DNA from: Phyllosticta citribraziliensis
Lineage: Eukaryota
Reading direction: 5' to 3'
Length of the DNA stretch: 64,000 bases
Assembly: GCF_038025025.1 (NCBI RefSeq)
Contig: NW_027117351.1
Coordinates: forward strand, 62,001 to 126,000
The translations under genes were made by a program, and so were the position numbers. The notes under the pieces were generated by a model. That model searched no databases, had not been told where the DNA came from, and saw only the letters and a program-made list of their open reading frames with translations. This document shows, piece after piece, positions 24,221 through 35,661 of this stretch (the first letter of the stretch is position 1; each line of letters opens with the position of its first letter).

Positions 24221-25852
24221 ATGCCCGCTACCGAGCTCCCAGAACGCCCAAGCAAAAACGGGCACGTCAACGGCAAGGACGACGGCCTGTACGGACTGAC
24301 GTCGAAATGGCCTGTCGCGCTTGATCTGACGGGGTCCAATCTTCCGTGCAGGCTCGAGGGAGAGATTGGAGACCTCGTCGTCATGGGCGAGATCCCAAAA
24401 GAAATCACCGGCACGTTCTACCGTGTCATGTGTGATCCGTTCGTGCCTCCTCACCCGGACAACGTGCCCCTGGACGGCGACGGGAGCATCCAGGCTTTCA
24501 GGGTTCTAGATGGACGAGTCGACATGAAGATGCGGTACATCGAGACGGAGCGGTACAAACTCGAACGCAAGGCCAACAAGGCGCTGTTTGGTCTCTACCG
24601 CAACCCCTTTACGCACCATCCCTGCGTGCGTGCTGCTGTCGACTCGACTGCTAACACGAACCTCGTTTACTGGGCCGACCACTTGCTTGCGCTCAAGGAG
24701 GGAGCACTCCCTTATGCCGTGGACCCGCATACTTTGGAAACGCGCGGCTATGACCCGTTTGAGAAGCAAAACGTCAAGTCCAAAACCTTCACCGCCCACC
24801 CCAAGGTCGATCCCTATACCGAAGAGCTCGTCGTGTTCGGCTACGAAGCCAAAGGGCTCGCCTCAAAGGACATTGTCGTTTACCACCTGGACAAGAACGG
24901 CAACAAGTACGACGAACAGTGGATCGAAGCGCCGTGGCCCGCGCTCATCCACGACTCGGCCATCACGACCAACTTCTTGATACTCGTGCTGTGGCCCTTT
25001 GAAGCCAGCGTGGAGCGCATGAAGCAGGGCAAACAGCATTGGGCCTGGGACTACAAGCTGCCCGCCACCTTCATCGTCGTTCCACGCCGCAAGACGTCAG
25101 CGCAGGCCGCCGGCTGGCGAGAGGGCGAGCACCGCGTCTACCCGTGGCGCAACTGCATGCCAATCCACACGGCCGGCGCATGGGAAGAAGACGATGGGCA
25201 CGGTAGCAAGAAAGTATTCGTCGAGTCGAGCCGCGTCCACGACAACGCCTTCCCCTTCTTCCCGCCCGACGACGGCACCATGCCCGCAGCCGACGCAAAG
25301 GCCGACTTCGTGCGGTGGTCGCTCGACCTGTCCAAAGCCAGCAACACAGCACTGCCAGACCCGCGCGTCGTGCTCGACCTGCCCAGCGAGTTCCCGCGCA
25401 TCGACGAGCGCCTCATGACGACAGCATACAACATCGTCTTCCTCTGCGTCTTCCTCCCCGACGCGGCCGACGGCAGCAAAAACATCTTCCACGGCCTCAA
25501 CGCGCTCGCGATGCACGACCACCGCGCCAACACGACGCGCTTCTTCTACGCCGGCGACGACGCGCTGGTCCAAGAGCCCGTCTTCATCCCGCGTACCGCG
25601 GACGCCGCTGAGGCAGACGGCTGGGTTTTGGCCATGGTCGAGCGCCGCTCGGCGAATCGCAATGATCTTGTCGTTATTGATACCAGGGAGTTTGAGCGCC
25701 CCGTTGCGATTGTGCAGCTCCCGTTTCATGTCAAGAGCCAGATTCATGGGAATTGGGTCGAGGCGGAGCGGTTGGGGAAGATGGACAGCATCGTGCGCGA
25801 GGTTGGCGATGTGAGCATCAGCAGAAAGGGGGCGTTGGAGCCATTTGCGTGA
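24221..25852 (+). CDS. Carotenoid-cleavage oxygenase (RPE65) family, lignostilbene/resveratrol dioxygenase-like; intronless
   Basis: GEIPKEITGTFYR, DGDG, FGLYRNPFT, TANTN, LALKEG, four Fe-ligating His (TAHPK, IHDS, IHTA, IHGNW), EFPRIDER, QEPVFIPR. Confidence 0.9.
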   Translation: MPATELPERPSKNGHVNGKDDGLYGLTSKWPVALDLTGSNLPCRLEGEIGDLVVMGEIPKEITGTFYRVMCDPFVPPHPDNVPLDGDGSIQAFRVLDGRVDMKMRYIETERYKLERKANKALFGLYRNPFTHHPCVRAAVDSTANTNLVYWADHLLALKEGALPYAVDPHTLETRGYDPFEKQNVKSKTFTAHPKVDPYTEELVVFGYEAKGLASKDIVVYHLDKNGNKYDEQWIEAPWPALIHDSAITTNFLILVLWPFEASVERMKQGKQHWAWDYKLPATFIVVPRRKTSAQAAGWREGEHRVYPWRNCMPIHTAGAWEEDDGHGSKKVFVESSRVHDNAFPFFPPDDGTMPAADAKADFVRWSLDLSKASNTALPDPRVVLDLPSEFPRIDERLMTTAYNIVFLCVFLPDAADGSKNIFHGLNALAMHDHRANTTRFFYAGDDALVQEPVFIPRTADAAEADGWVLAMVERRSANRNDLVVIDTREFERPVAIVQLPFHVKSQIHGNWVEAERLGKMDSIVREVGDVSISRKGALEPFA

Positions 25853-25964
25853 GCGCTGACGAACTGTGCAGAGGTGTTGTTTAGGAAGTGTCGTTTGTGT
25901 TCCTGTAACGCGTTTTTGGGACTTTACTTTCGTTGATAACTTGTGTAGGCTGCCGTAAATTGTC

Positions 25965-26231
25965 TATCTAACGAACACTTTCGAAGCGCACTCTAGACTC
26001 TCCCTCTCTCTGTAGGAACTATCATCTACGGCAAAATCAAGACCGCAACGCCTTTGAAACGCCTTCTTGGGTCCCCATCTCTCTTTGCGGGACCTGCCGC
26101 AAATTCAAGACCGTAGGACCTTTGACGCGCCCTCTAAACACTCCAGCCCTCTACAGGACCTGCCGCAAATCAAGAACGCAAGACTTTCAAAGCGGCCTCT
26201 AGGCTCTCGACTTCTCTCTTCAGGACCTGCC
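25965..26231. repeat. Degenerate ~66-68 bp tandem array (about 4 units); the first unit is the last ~21 codons plus stop of the dynamin gene
   Basis: Shared core GGACCTGCCGCAAAT(T)CAAGA at 26090-26110 and 26156-26175, GCAAAATCAAGACCGCAA at 26031-26048, CAGGACCTGCC at 26221-26231; the intervening sequences align with the CDS end. Confidence 0.8.
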
Positions 26232-28611
26232 TTTGATGCTTCGACGCCTCGTCCTCGCCGGCAATCTGCTCGAGCTGCTCTTCCCCCAAGCTCATGATCA
26301 GCTCGGGGTCGAAGACTTTGAGCGGGCTGCCGTCGCCCTCGAGCAGCAGGTGGAAGACGACTTGCTGGCAGATGACGTCGACGAAGCGTTTGCGGGATAC
26401 CTTGTAATAGCTCATGAGAGTATCAAGGATGTCCTCGCACACTTGCTCTCCGTTGTCCTTGTCGACAGCGTGTTGGCCAATTTTGCTCAAAGGCACGTAT
26501 TTTTCTTTTGAATCGAGGTGTAAAGAGATTGCCATGGCCTTGAAATTTTGGCTCAAACGCTCGCCACGCTTCTTCTGGAGGTTGGCATTGAAGTAGTGGT
26601 TGAATGTGTTGGGTGTACCTCCACGCTCGATATTCAGAAGGAACCGAGTGTGTTCCATCGCTCGTTGGTACGTATCAATCAACTTGTCGAGAAGAATGGT
26701 GTCCCAGAGATTATCTCTGACCGACTTTTCAGGGCACATCTCGGTGAGAAGCTGGAAGATGTACTCATGTACTAGTGTGATCACGTTGCTCGCGTGTGAA
26801 AAAGCAAGTGGCTCCCACTTCTCGGACTGGTCCTCGAAAACCGTAGCAAGAATTGTGCCGCCAAACTACGCCCGAACCTATTAGCGATGGGTTTCCTAAA
26901 GCAACGTAGCTAAAGATCCCTACTGTTCCGAGCTCTGGTCCGCGGCTCGATTCATAAACCTCCTTGATATGGGTCATGAGTGGCCCCTTTAAAGGCTTCG
27001 GACATTGGTAATCTTCTGTGTATGTGATAGTCCCAAGTTCGGGGTACTTTCCGATGGGGATCTTGAAAGGAAGCTGGTCGACATTGCATCCCAAGGGGCT
27101 TTCTCCCTCATCGTTCCACGCAGCCTCAAAGTGCTGCTTGTGACCTCTTTTCCAGAAAATGTCAGAAAAGACTTCGTTCAACTTCATGATCTGGGTGATC
27201 AGCTTCAGGTTCGGCAACCTCTTGAAGATGCCGTCACCAGCGTAGTACCCGCTCAAGGCGGCTTGGGTGATGGCCTGGAATCTCGAGGCCAGTTTGCCCA
27301 GATGTATCCTCTGCGCATTCGAGTCCGCTCTGGACGGCCCCATATCTTCCAGTTCAGCCCGACGTTGACGCAGGCGCTGCTCCGTGTCCGTCTTGACGTG
27401 GGGCAGTTCCTGCTTGGAGATGTGCATAAGCAGCTCGCGGACTTTGCGCTTGAGGGCCGTGGTTCCGCAGCGGTCGGCAATGGGCGACCAAGCAGGCGCC
27501 GTGAAGAATGCCTCTTCGGCAGCAGCTCTCTCCGCAAGCGTCGACGCATTGTCGTCCGCACTGCGATTCTTGACCACGTAGTATCCGAGTCTGAGAATGC
27601 TCTGTTTTCCGAGAACCAAGTCAACGATTGCCCCTTTCGTGGCTGTCTCTGTGGCGAGATCTGGTTTGGTGAGCACGCCCATCGTTCGGATGCCCTCAGG
27701 GTCGGCTCGCTCCGCAAGCTTGAGGATCTCCTGGGTCGCTATGTCGACGTTGCAGGGTATGACTGCGAGGTTGCTACTTCAAGTGAGCCACTCCTGTCAC
27801 CAAGCAAGAATCGCCGCACTTACATGGTTCGTGGATTCGCCATGTACGACTTGACCATGTTCTCGATGAGGACAATGTCGCTTTCCGTGGTAAGTCCTGC
27901 GCAGCTTGTCAATGGAAGATGTCCAACCTCGGGGAGCTGACCACGCACCTGGTGTAGGGACACGGAAAATACCCGGAACGTCAATGACAGTCAGATGCTG
28001 TTGCTTTTGAAGTTTAAGCTAAACGGAGAACTATGAAGTCAGCAAAGACTCACATCAGGCCCACTGATCTCGATTTTGAGGATATCCTGACTGAAAGCTC
28101 CATGGTCGACGTTTTTATCACCCATCCGGATACCCATGGCACTGTTGGCCTAGAAATGTCATCAGTTCGCAGAGAGCCATTTCCGTACCATCCGGCTGCC
28201 ACAAACCTCTTCAAAGACTTTGGCGAGACTGTTGCCGTCAATACTAGTCAAGTGGCGCTTGAACTGAAGAAGCTTGGCCTTGAGAGTCTCATCTGCATCA
28301 GGACGAGGGATGATTGTCACGAGAATGCCACTCTCCGCCTCTCGACAGCATGTTATCTGCGTTGCATAGCGAGTGCAGAGCCCAGGGGCGCGAGGGAAAG
28401 AGAAGCCTGTCAGACTTTCTAAGACTGAGCTTTTTCCTGATGACTGGTCCCCCACGACAACAAGCTGGCAAAGCATCAACAGACTGAATATCAGCACACT
28501 CCCCTGACTTACCTGGGGCAGCGGAATTATCGCGCCAACGTTTAGCTCTCTCAGCTTGTCGATCTTGGCCAGTATGGCCTGGTTCCCTAACTCGGTTCCG
28601 CCAGGAGGCAT
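26170..28611 (-). CDS. Mx-like dynamin-related GTPase (fungal non-core DRP); 7 exons
   Basis: IDKLRELNVG..IPLPQ|LVVVGDQSSGKSSVLESLTG (G1), LCTRYAT (G2), VIDVPGIF (G3), GVLTKPD (G4), SRGPELGT|FG, and a C-terminal GED (YYKVSRKRFVDVICQQV). Confidence 0.9.
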
Positions 28612-29686
28612 TGCAGAAGTCGTTTGACCGTAACGATGTTTCGAGGGGTACAACGGCGGCAAGTATGAAAGTACCATTCTCCTTCGGTTGCGCGGACTCG
28701 CATTGTGGCAAATATAATACTTATAAGAGGGAATCTCAACTCTACATAGAAGTAAACGATAAACCACTCCGACGGAAGCAAACGCCTTAACTTGAAGACT
28801 GATAGAGAGCGTCGTCTTGAGGCGCATAGAGCGCATACAAGCTCGAGCCGAGGTATATCAATCCTTGGCCCCAATTGAGTTCAGAATTGCCAAGCCAGCG
28901 CATGCCATTTCCTTTGCGGGAACGCGTCCAGTGTGCACAAGCTCGTCGAACCACAAGATACTTCTCTCGAACTGAAGTATGATAAGTGAGAACGTTTCGC
29001 TCAAGAGAGTAGCCCAGCCAGGTGGGACGCGATCAATCGGCAGTTGCGTCGAGAACGGGTCTTGAGCCAAGATTCACCTAAGGCATATGATATTAACCGG
29101 GCATGGGTTGATATTCCTGCAACGCCGTTCAGCCCTCCACTCGTCAGAGGCGGCTGCATCCCTGCGACCATCACCCTGAGCGATTGGCTTCTTCAATTTG
29201 AATTTCTGCTGGCCCAATCCGTGCATGGGCGTCAACCTTGTGCGGCAATGAACCACTGACGACGCAGCGGTCGCAGCTCCTACCTCTCACAACTGCGACT
29301 AATCGAGGTCGAGCGGCGCCGCAAGACGAAGCGCCATCGTCAAATCGCGGTGGATGTGGCCCGAGGTCGAGCTTATTTGGGAAAAGAGGTTCCACGCGTG
29401 GTTTGAATTTCCCAAGACTTCTGGCTCAACCCTGGTGCCGCGAGGCACGGCAGCAAACGTTATCCCGGCCGCGCGCTGAAACGACACAGGGAATGCAAGG
29501 TGAGTTGCATCTTGCAGCTACGCGGCCGGCAGGTGCGGTTGGTGCAGGAAGAGGAGGTGGAGGAGGTGTGGTATGCACTTTCCTGAACAATCACCTCCTT
29601 CTTCTCAACATCTCGCCACGGCCTGACGACGTCGACTGCTTCTTCGGTGTCACTACGCAGTTTTTCTTCTCCTGGCGATCGAGACC

Positions 29687-30956
29687 ATGGAGTTCGCGCC
29701 CTCCGCGCGGCGCTGTCTCTCGGTCGTCATCCTGATATCGATTCTGGCATTCGTCGTGCTCGTCCTCAAGGTCGGGACGAGGCTTCGCATGCGTCGGATC
29801 GGATGGGATGACAACTTTGCCCTCCTCTCTTTCATTGCGAGCGTTCCCACAACTGCTGTCGTTTCCATGCGTCAGTCCTCACGCTGCTCCTCAACTGAGA
29901 ACGGTTGGCTGAGAGATTCGAACAGAAGCCGAACATGGCATGGGTTACCACTCCGACACTCTATCACCAGACGACCTGCGAAAACAAGCTCTGTAGTAAG
30001 CTACATCGCGGCGCCATTCCCGAATGTGGAGCGATTGCTGAATACGACCAGTTTCTGGCTGTCCATTTGGCTGTACATCATCGCGTTAGGTTTCGCCAAA
30101 CTTTCCATCCTTGCGCAATATCTCCGCATCTTCATTGGGCGGCGCACGACGATAGTGACGAAGCTCTTCATGTGGATCGTCGCGGTATACAGCATCCAAG
30201 GGCTCTGCGTCACAATCTTCCAGTGCCATCCCGTCCACTACTTTTGGGACCGCAGCGGAAAGGGTCGCTGCTTCGAAATCGAACCGTACTACTATGTCTT
30301 TGGCGGCTTCAACATATTTCTCGGACTTGCCATTGTCGTCATACCCGTGCCGGCGCTCAACGAACTGCGTCTGCCGCTGTCGCAGAAGCTGGGACTGCTG
30401 GGCGTCTTTATTCTAGGTGGCTTGTCAGTCCTCAACCCACCATCAACTTGCGCGGCACGAAACAATACATCGTCATGGCTAACAGAACGCCTGCAGTGCA
30501 TGCGCCATGTCCATCGTCCGCCTCTACGCTGTCGTCATCGCCATGCGCTCCGGCGACCCCGGCTACGCCAACTCCATGCCCGCCATGTGGAGCATGGTCG
30601 AGCTGCACGTTTGCCTCATGTGCGGGTGCCTGCCCTCCCTCCGCCCGCTGCTCGCCCAGTTCTTCACGCGCCCCGGCAGCAGCAACAGCCGCAGCACACG
30701 GCGCCGCTCCACGCCGCTCAACAAGTCGCTGTTCACGCCGACGCCGCTGCCGCATATTGACGAGTCGCCCGAGGCCGAGGGCCAGGAGTTGCAGGGCCAG
30801 GTGCTGCAGTTTGACCATTTGGACAGCCCGATAGAGAGCGATGGGAAGCCGCTGGAGCAGAAGAATCTTTTGACATATGTGAGGGAGGTAAGAGTGCCGG
30901 AGAGAGTACGATTGAGCAGTGCGGAGCGTGCGTCAAGTCGGCAGGGGGACAGCTAG
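29687..30956 (+). CDS. PTH11-like (rhodopsin-domain) membrane receptor without CFEM; introns 29871-29925, 29996-30051, 30424-30496
   Basis: IGWDD, HGMGYH, AKLSILAQYLRIF, FQCHPVHYFWD...C, IPVP, SIVRL, WSMVELHVCLMCGCLPSLRPLL. Confidence 0.88.
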
Positions 30957-31377
30957 TTGGCTTTTTCTTGTCTGGCCAATGTTGGATATCTTTTTGTCTT
31001 TTTTAATCTGGTACGGCATAGATACCCACAAGGCGAAACTCGAGTTTTCAGATTACTGCGCAGCCTGGCCCGCCGACATTTAGGTCTGTTGGTGGCATGG
31101 ATTTCATAATGCACAAATGTGCTTGTACATCCCCCTTGCTGGGAGGAAATGGTCTGGCGGACTCAGTCAGGGAGAAAAGGTCAAACCACTTTTTTCCAAC
31201 CATTGTAAGTGAATGGTGAGACGTCGGAGTATTTTCCACTTGGGGGAAGGCAGGAAAGTTTGTTCAAATTCTTTGCATTTTGTTTGTTACTTCACGGCCA
31301 GCGTGGGAGTGCAAGAGGGCTACAGTGCGGCACTACGCACCAGCCCTTCTCCCCACAGCGTCGACAAAGCTACCAGC

Positions 31378-32658
31378 TCAGCTATACACAACACCCGGCT
31401 GCTTCGCCCATCCAATGCGAGCCGGAATAGTCGAATTGTCAAAGACGACAAACTGACTCTTCAAGACGATGGCGCCGATGACGTTGAACGGCATGCCAGC
31501 GCTCGACTGCAGACCTCCAAAACAATTGCCGTCGTAGTCCACCGGGCCGTAGACGAGATAGAATCCGGGGATCGTTTGCAGCACGCCGCTGACCTGGAAG
31601 TTGAACGTGGGCGGCGTGGCGCTGCAGGGCAGGATGAAGCCGCCGTACGTCGCGCTGTAGCTGGCACCAGGGATCTGGTTGTAGAAGGCGGCTGCCACGT
31701 CCTGAGGGAGGTACGCCAGGCTCGTTCCGGTGTCGGCGATGGCGGAGATGGGTTTGGTCGTGACGGCGCCCCTGCCGACCGAGTAGCCGGTGATGTTGAA
31801 GGCCCAGAACCCCGTCTGCTGCCTGTTGGCCGGAGCGACAGGCGTGTAAGTGATGGGTCCGGTGTAGAGAGACGAGTTGATGAAGCCAAAGGTGTATGTG
31901 CCAGGTACGGTTTTCCTGAGGTTTGCGGTGAAGAGCTTTATTTTGGCCGTGTCCAAGAAGGTTTGCTGTTTGGTGGGGCGAACTGAGTTGAGGGCGCTGG
32001 CTGCCAGGCCCAAGACGCCGTCGCTGGCGGTGTCTTGCAGAAAGAGGCTCGAAGCGCTAGTTGCTGCTTCGACGGCTTGTGCGGTGGCAGTGACTTCGCC
32101 GACAGCGACCCTGTCAGCATAGACCTGGCCAGCGCCTGCACTACCGTCGCCGTAGGTGATGCTCCAGCTTCCGGGTATGAGTCTCCCAGACACCGTCGGG
32201 TTATACAGATGCTGACCGAGTTGTTGCGACACGGGCATCAGATTTGAGAAGACCCACCTAGAGGGTGAGCAAAAGTATATCAAGACTTTCACAAAGACTT
32301 ACAGATCAGATGATCCGGTGTCGAAAATAAGCTGCATGACACTAGATCCAACCGTCACGGGTGACAGGTACAGGGTGTCGTAGTCGTCCTCAGAAACAGC
32401 AGCGACATCGCGCACGAACAGCCGCGAGCTGGAGCCAGAAGCCGCAAGCTTAGCAAACGCCTTGCCCGAAGCGGCCTTGACGTCCGCCGGCATCGTCCCG
32501 CCAAATTTGTTGTAGGCATTCGCCATTTGAATGGGCCCATTTCTGAGCATGTACCCCCGCGCCACTTGGGTGCTGGTAAAAGTGCCGCTCGTGAGATCGT
32601 GCGGCGCGGCCACGGCGCAGCCGAGAAGAATAGCAAAGGTGAGGACCCGGTCCATCAT
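31378..32658 (-). CDS. Secreted pepsin-like aspartic protease (A1, aspergillopepsin-like); intron 32302-32258
   Basis: Signal and pro-peptide, FDTGSSDL|WVFS, WSITYGDGS, AQAVEAAT, DGVLGLA, second catalytic IADTGTS. Confidence 0.92.
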
Positions 32659-33738
32659 GATAGTCGCACTGTGGGTTCGTGATTGAAGGGTTTCGTTTGG
32701 GGCAGCTCAGTGAAAACAGCCTCCACCGTCGACGACAGCGACTTGGGTTGATGATGATATATAGATTTGGATGCTGGACCACTGCGTCTGGAATCAGACG
32801 TCACCGTGGCCGGCTGCGAACGCGAATGCGCGTCGCTATTGCCCCTTTCAGCGATGGACCCGCGCAAAGATGGAGTGCGAATAGAAAGAACAAGCACGCT
32901 AGGTGTATTGATTGGATGGTCAGCATGACGAAGTGGGACGTGGCGTAGGACGATCCAGGATGGTGGTACAAAGGGATCGAGTTGTCTTTTTGCGGAGGAT
33001 GACCTCCATTCCAGAACTGCCTTCGTGTTCCGACAATTATTACGCGCGTTTGGTTCCCTCATGGCTTTCCAAGTGAGGAAACGCTCGTCGCCGTTTTCTT
33101 TCAGGTGTCGACACCAGGCACCTGGTTTCAAACATCCCATTCAACTCTTGAAAGCACTCTACTCTTGTTCTTGCAGTGAGGCTTGGAGGGATTTATTGGT
33201 GGGCTTTTGAAAATTGAATTGGATGTCCACGGGATAGGCGCATGTCATGGAAGTCGTCATGAGAAGTCTAGAACAACCGTTAGCTGAGATCACACGCATT
33301 GACGAGGGATTCGGAGCATGACACTGCCACCTCGGTAAACCACCAGAAGAATGTCTTTCCTCTTTGTGCATCACGCGTAAGCCATTCGATTCGTGCCGTT
33401 CGGCTCTCCCAAATCATGCATGGAAGGCGGACTGTTCCAAATAATTTGGATTTGTCTATTCATCCAGAGGACTAGACTGTAAGGTGGATCCGACAATTGA
33501 GCCAGAAAGAATCAGGATCCAGTCTGTGGGGTAAACGGCCTTCTTGCAGTCTCCAAAGATCGTGGACATTGTTTCGCCCGATGATGCTGAGACCTCGCCT
33601 CGTGCGAGCTGACATGAATCCTGCGTTGTACGAACGACACCGTGGAGTCTTTCCTCGTCGACGAATCCGCTGAAATCGTCGATGATGTTTGTCGCAATCG
33701 GTTAGGAGCACCGAGGTTGTTGAACTGCCGCTTGTGGC

Positions 33739-34088
33739 CTAGCTCGCGTCATTCCTCCCAGGCTCCGCAACCTCTCCCTTCTTTCCATGAGAAAATCCAG
33801 CCTCTTCGCGTTTGTGGAGTCCCTTTGCTTCCAGACTGCTATTCTTCAAGATGCCACCGGCTTTTTCCATCAGTTTCCCCAAGGTAGAGTCTGTACGCAT
33901 TACTTGGCTGTTTGCATTCATGAAGCTGGACACGTACCATGCTTGTCCGACGGTGGAAAGCTTCCCGTCTTGTTGCCAAAGCCAGCTCCACTCGTAGTTC
34001 CGCTACCGTAACGCGTGCCCCCAGAGTAGGCGGCGCTGCCAGTTCGCGAGCCATACGAACTGCTTTCGGGGGAGGTAGTCTTGTCCAT
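33739..34088 (-). CDS. Small Gly/Ser-rich hydrophilic fungal protein (~100 aa, stress/hydrophilin-like); intron 33937-33891
   Basis: MDKTTSPESSSYGS...GAGFGNKTG...H|DSTLGKLMEKAGGILKNSSLEAKGLHKREEAG; GTACGT...CAG intron keeps frame; TATAAA on the minus strand ~95 nt upstream. Confidence 0.7.
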
Positions 34089-34662
34089 GCCGGACGTGCT
34101 GCAGCGCTTAGTGTCAAAGAATACTCGAGGTGTAGTTGCATGCAAACCAAACCCGGCCAGAATGGTAAGGAGGCCGCACACTTTATAGAATGAGACTTGG
34201 TGAGACGATGATCTAATGGGCAAACGCGTCGACAAATAGAAAGACGTCTGACTATCGGGACGAAATCAGAAGATGGACCAGCAGCCACATGCGGGGAAAA
34301 GGGAAGCTTTGCCAGGGCTCGTCGACCATTGAGCAGGGTTCAAGGCGCTTTCGATTTGCAACAGCAATACCTTATCTTTGGCCCGTGAAATTCGTTGGAT
34401 GATTCTTGTACTAGAATAGCGCTCGTCGCGATGAATGTGTGCGCCATGAGAGGGCGTCATCGAGGATCGATGTGATATTTCCAGCTCTCTCGCTGTGTCG
34501 ATCACAGATAACGGTCTACCCTACCGGACTGTCGAGATGCGGGATTACATCATCTGTGAACTCCATGTTCTTCATGATTTCTTTGCTGGTCAGAATATCG
34601 ATGGTAGTAACTCCATGCTATGCCAAAGCCGCCCAAGAACGCCAAAATCCAGAAGTGCTTTA

Positions 34663-35471
34663 TCAGCGCACGTATTTGCTCTGTATGGTGTCAGCAGAGC
34701 TCTTTTTCAAGTGCAGAGTACTCACCATGAAGCGCTTGTGGAAGTCGGAGCGAAGCAAGTCGTTCACAAACTCCTTGGGTTTCTTGTCTTCAGTGCCACG
34801 CGCCTGGTTCTTGAACACGACATCGTCGTCCCATCGTCGCTTGACGTTGAAGTCGGAAGGATTGAGCAACGGGTTGCCTCGCGCAATGTCGAATTCGCGC
34901 TGTTCTTGGTCCTGTGCTGACTTCTCCGCCTCCTCCTTTGCCTTTTGTTCCGCACGCTCTCTTTTGATCTTCTCCAGCTCGCGCATCAACTCGGCCGTCT
35001 CATCCTCTTCGTCGTCATCATCGTCTTCGTCCTCGTCGCTGCTCTCGCTGTTGGATCCGTCGGAATCGGCGTCGACATCCCGCGCTTCCTCCAATATGAG
35101 ACGTCGCCGCTTTGCTTCGGGTGGTTCGTCTTCTTGCTCGGCCTCGCCAAGAGGCGGAGCTTCCAGTTGCCGCTTCGACGTAGCCGTGCTTGATTCATCG
35201 TCGTCGGTGAGAGCAGGCGTGCCGTTTTTCTTGGCAAAGTGGGCAGCTTCGGCTTTGAGAAGCTCAGCGCGAAGGTCGCGTTGCTCATCGGCGATGCCTC
35301 CTTGACCAGGTTGGCGCGTTTTGAGGGTCATATGCGCCGGGAGAAGGCGTTGGTGGTAGGCGGGACCCCGCTGGGCCTCTTTGCCGCGAGCCTGAACATT
35401 GTTAGAGAAAGTTTCCTCTTGATAGACTAAGATCATACCGGGTCAAACGTGGGCCTGTGAGCGGTCGTCAT
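34663..35471 (-). CDS. CWC15: Pre-mRNA splicing factor Cwc15; introns 35438-35392, 34725-34681
   Basis: MTTAHRPTFDP|ARGK, LLPAHMTLKTRQ, acidic tract, LMRELEKIKRER, GNPLLN, VKRRWDDDVVFKNQARG, FVNDLLRSDFHKRFM|SKYVR. Confidence 0.96.
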
Positions 35472-35661
35472 GGTGGGTGGAGGGTGAGGAGTTGTATGTA
35501 GATGTTTGGTGTAGCAAGGCCTCACCTGCAGCGGGTTGTCGGAGGCCGGGTGAATGTCGGCAAGCGCGAAAGTCGCCCGCCGCTCCTCCGCCTCGTCGCC
35601 GCAGGACGTTTGCTTCAACTGTTGTACAGCACCTTGCAATTTGTTGCTTCCCCCCTATATC

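Noticed and set aside
26031..26231. Repeat-spacer-like pattern resembling a CRISPR array (also 5013-5084)
   Set aside because: The apparent spacers align with each other and with the CDS end; no cas genes; eukaryotic context.
25860..29400. Transposon or Starship-type boundaries around the dynamin gene
   Set aside because: No terminal inverted repeats, target-site duplication, transposase or tyrosine recombinase visible.
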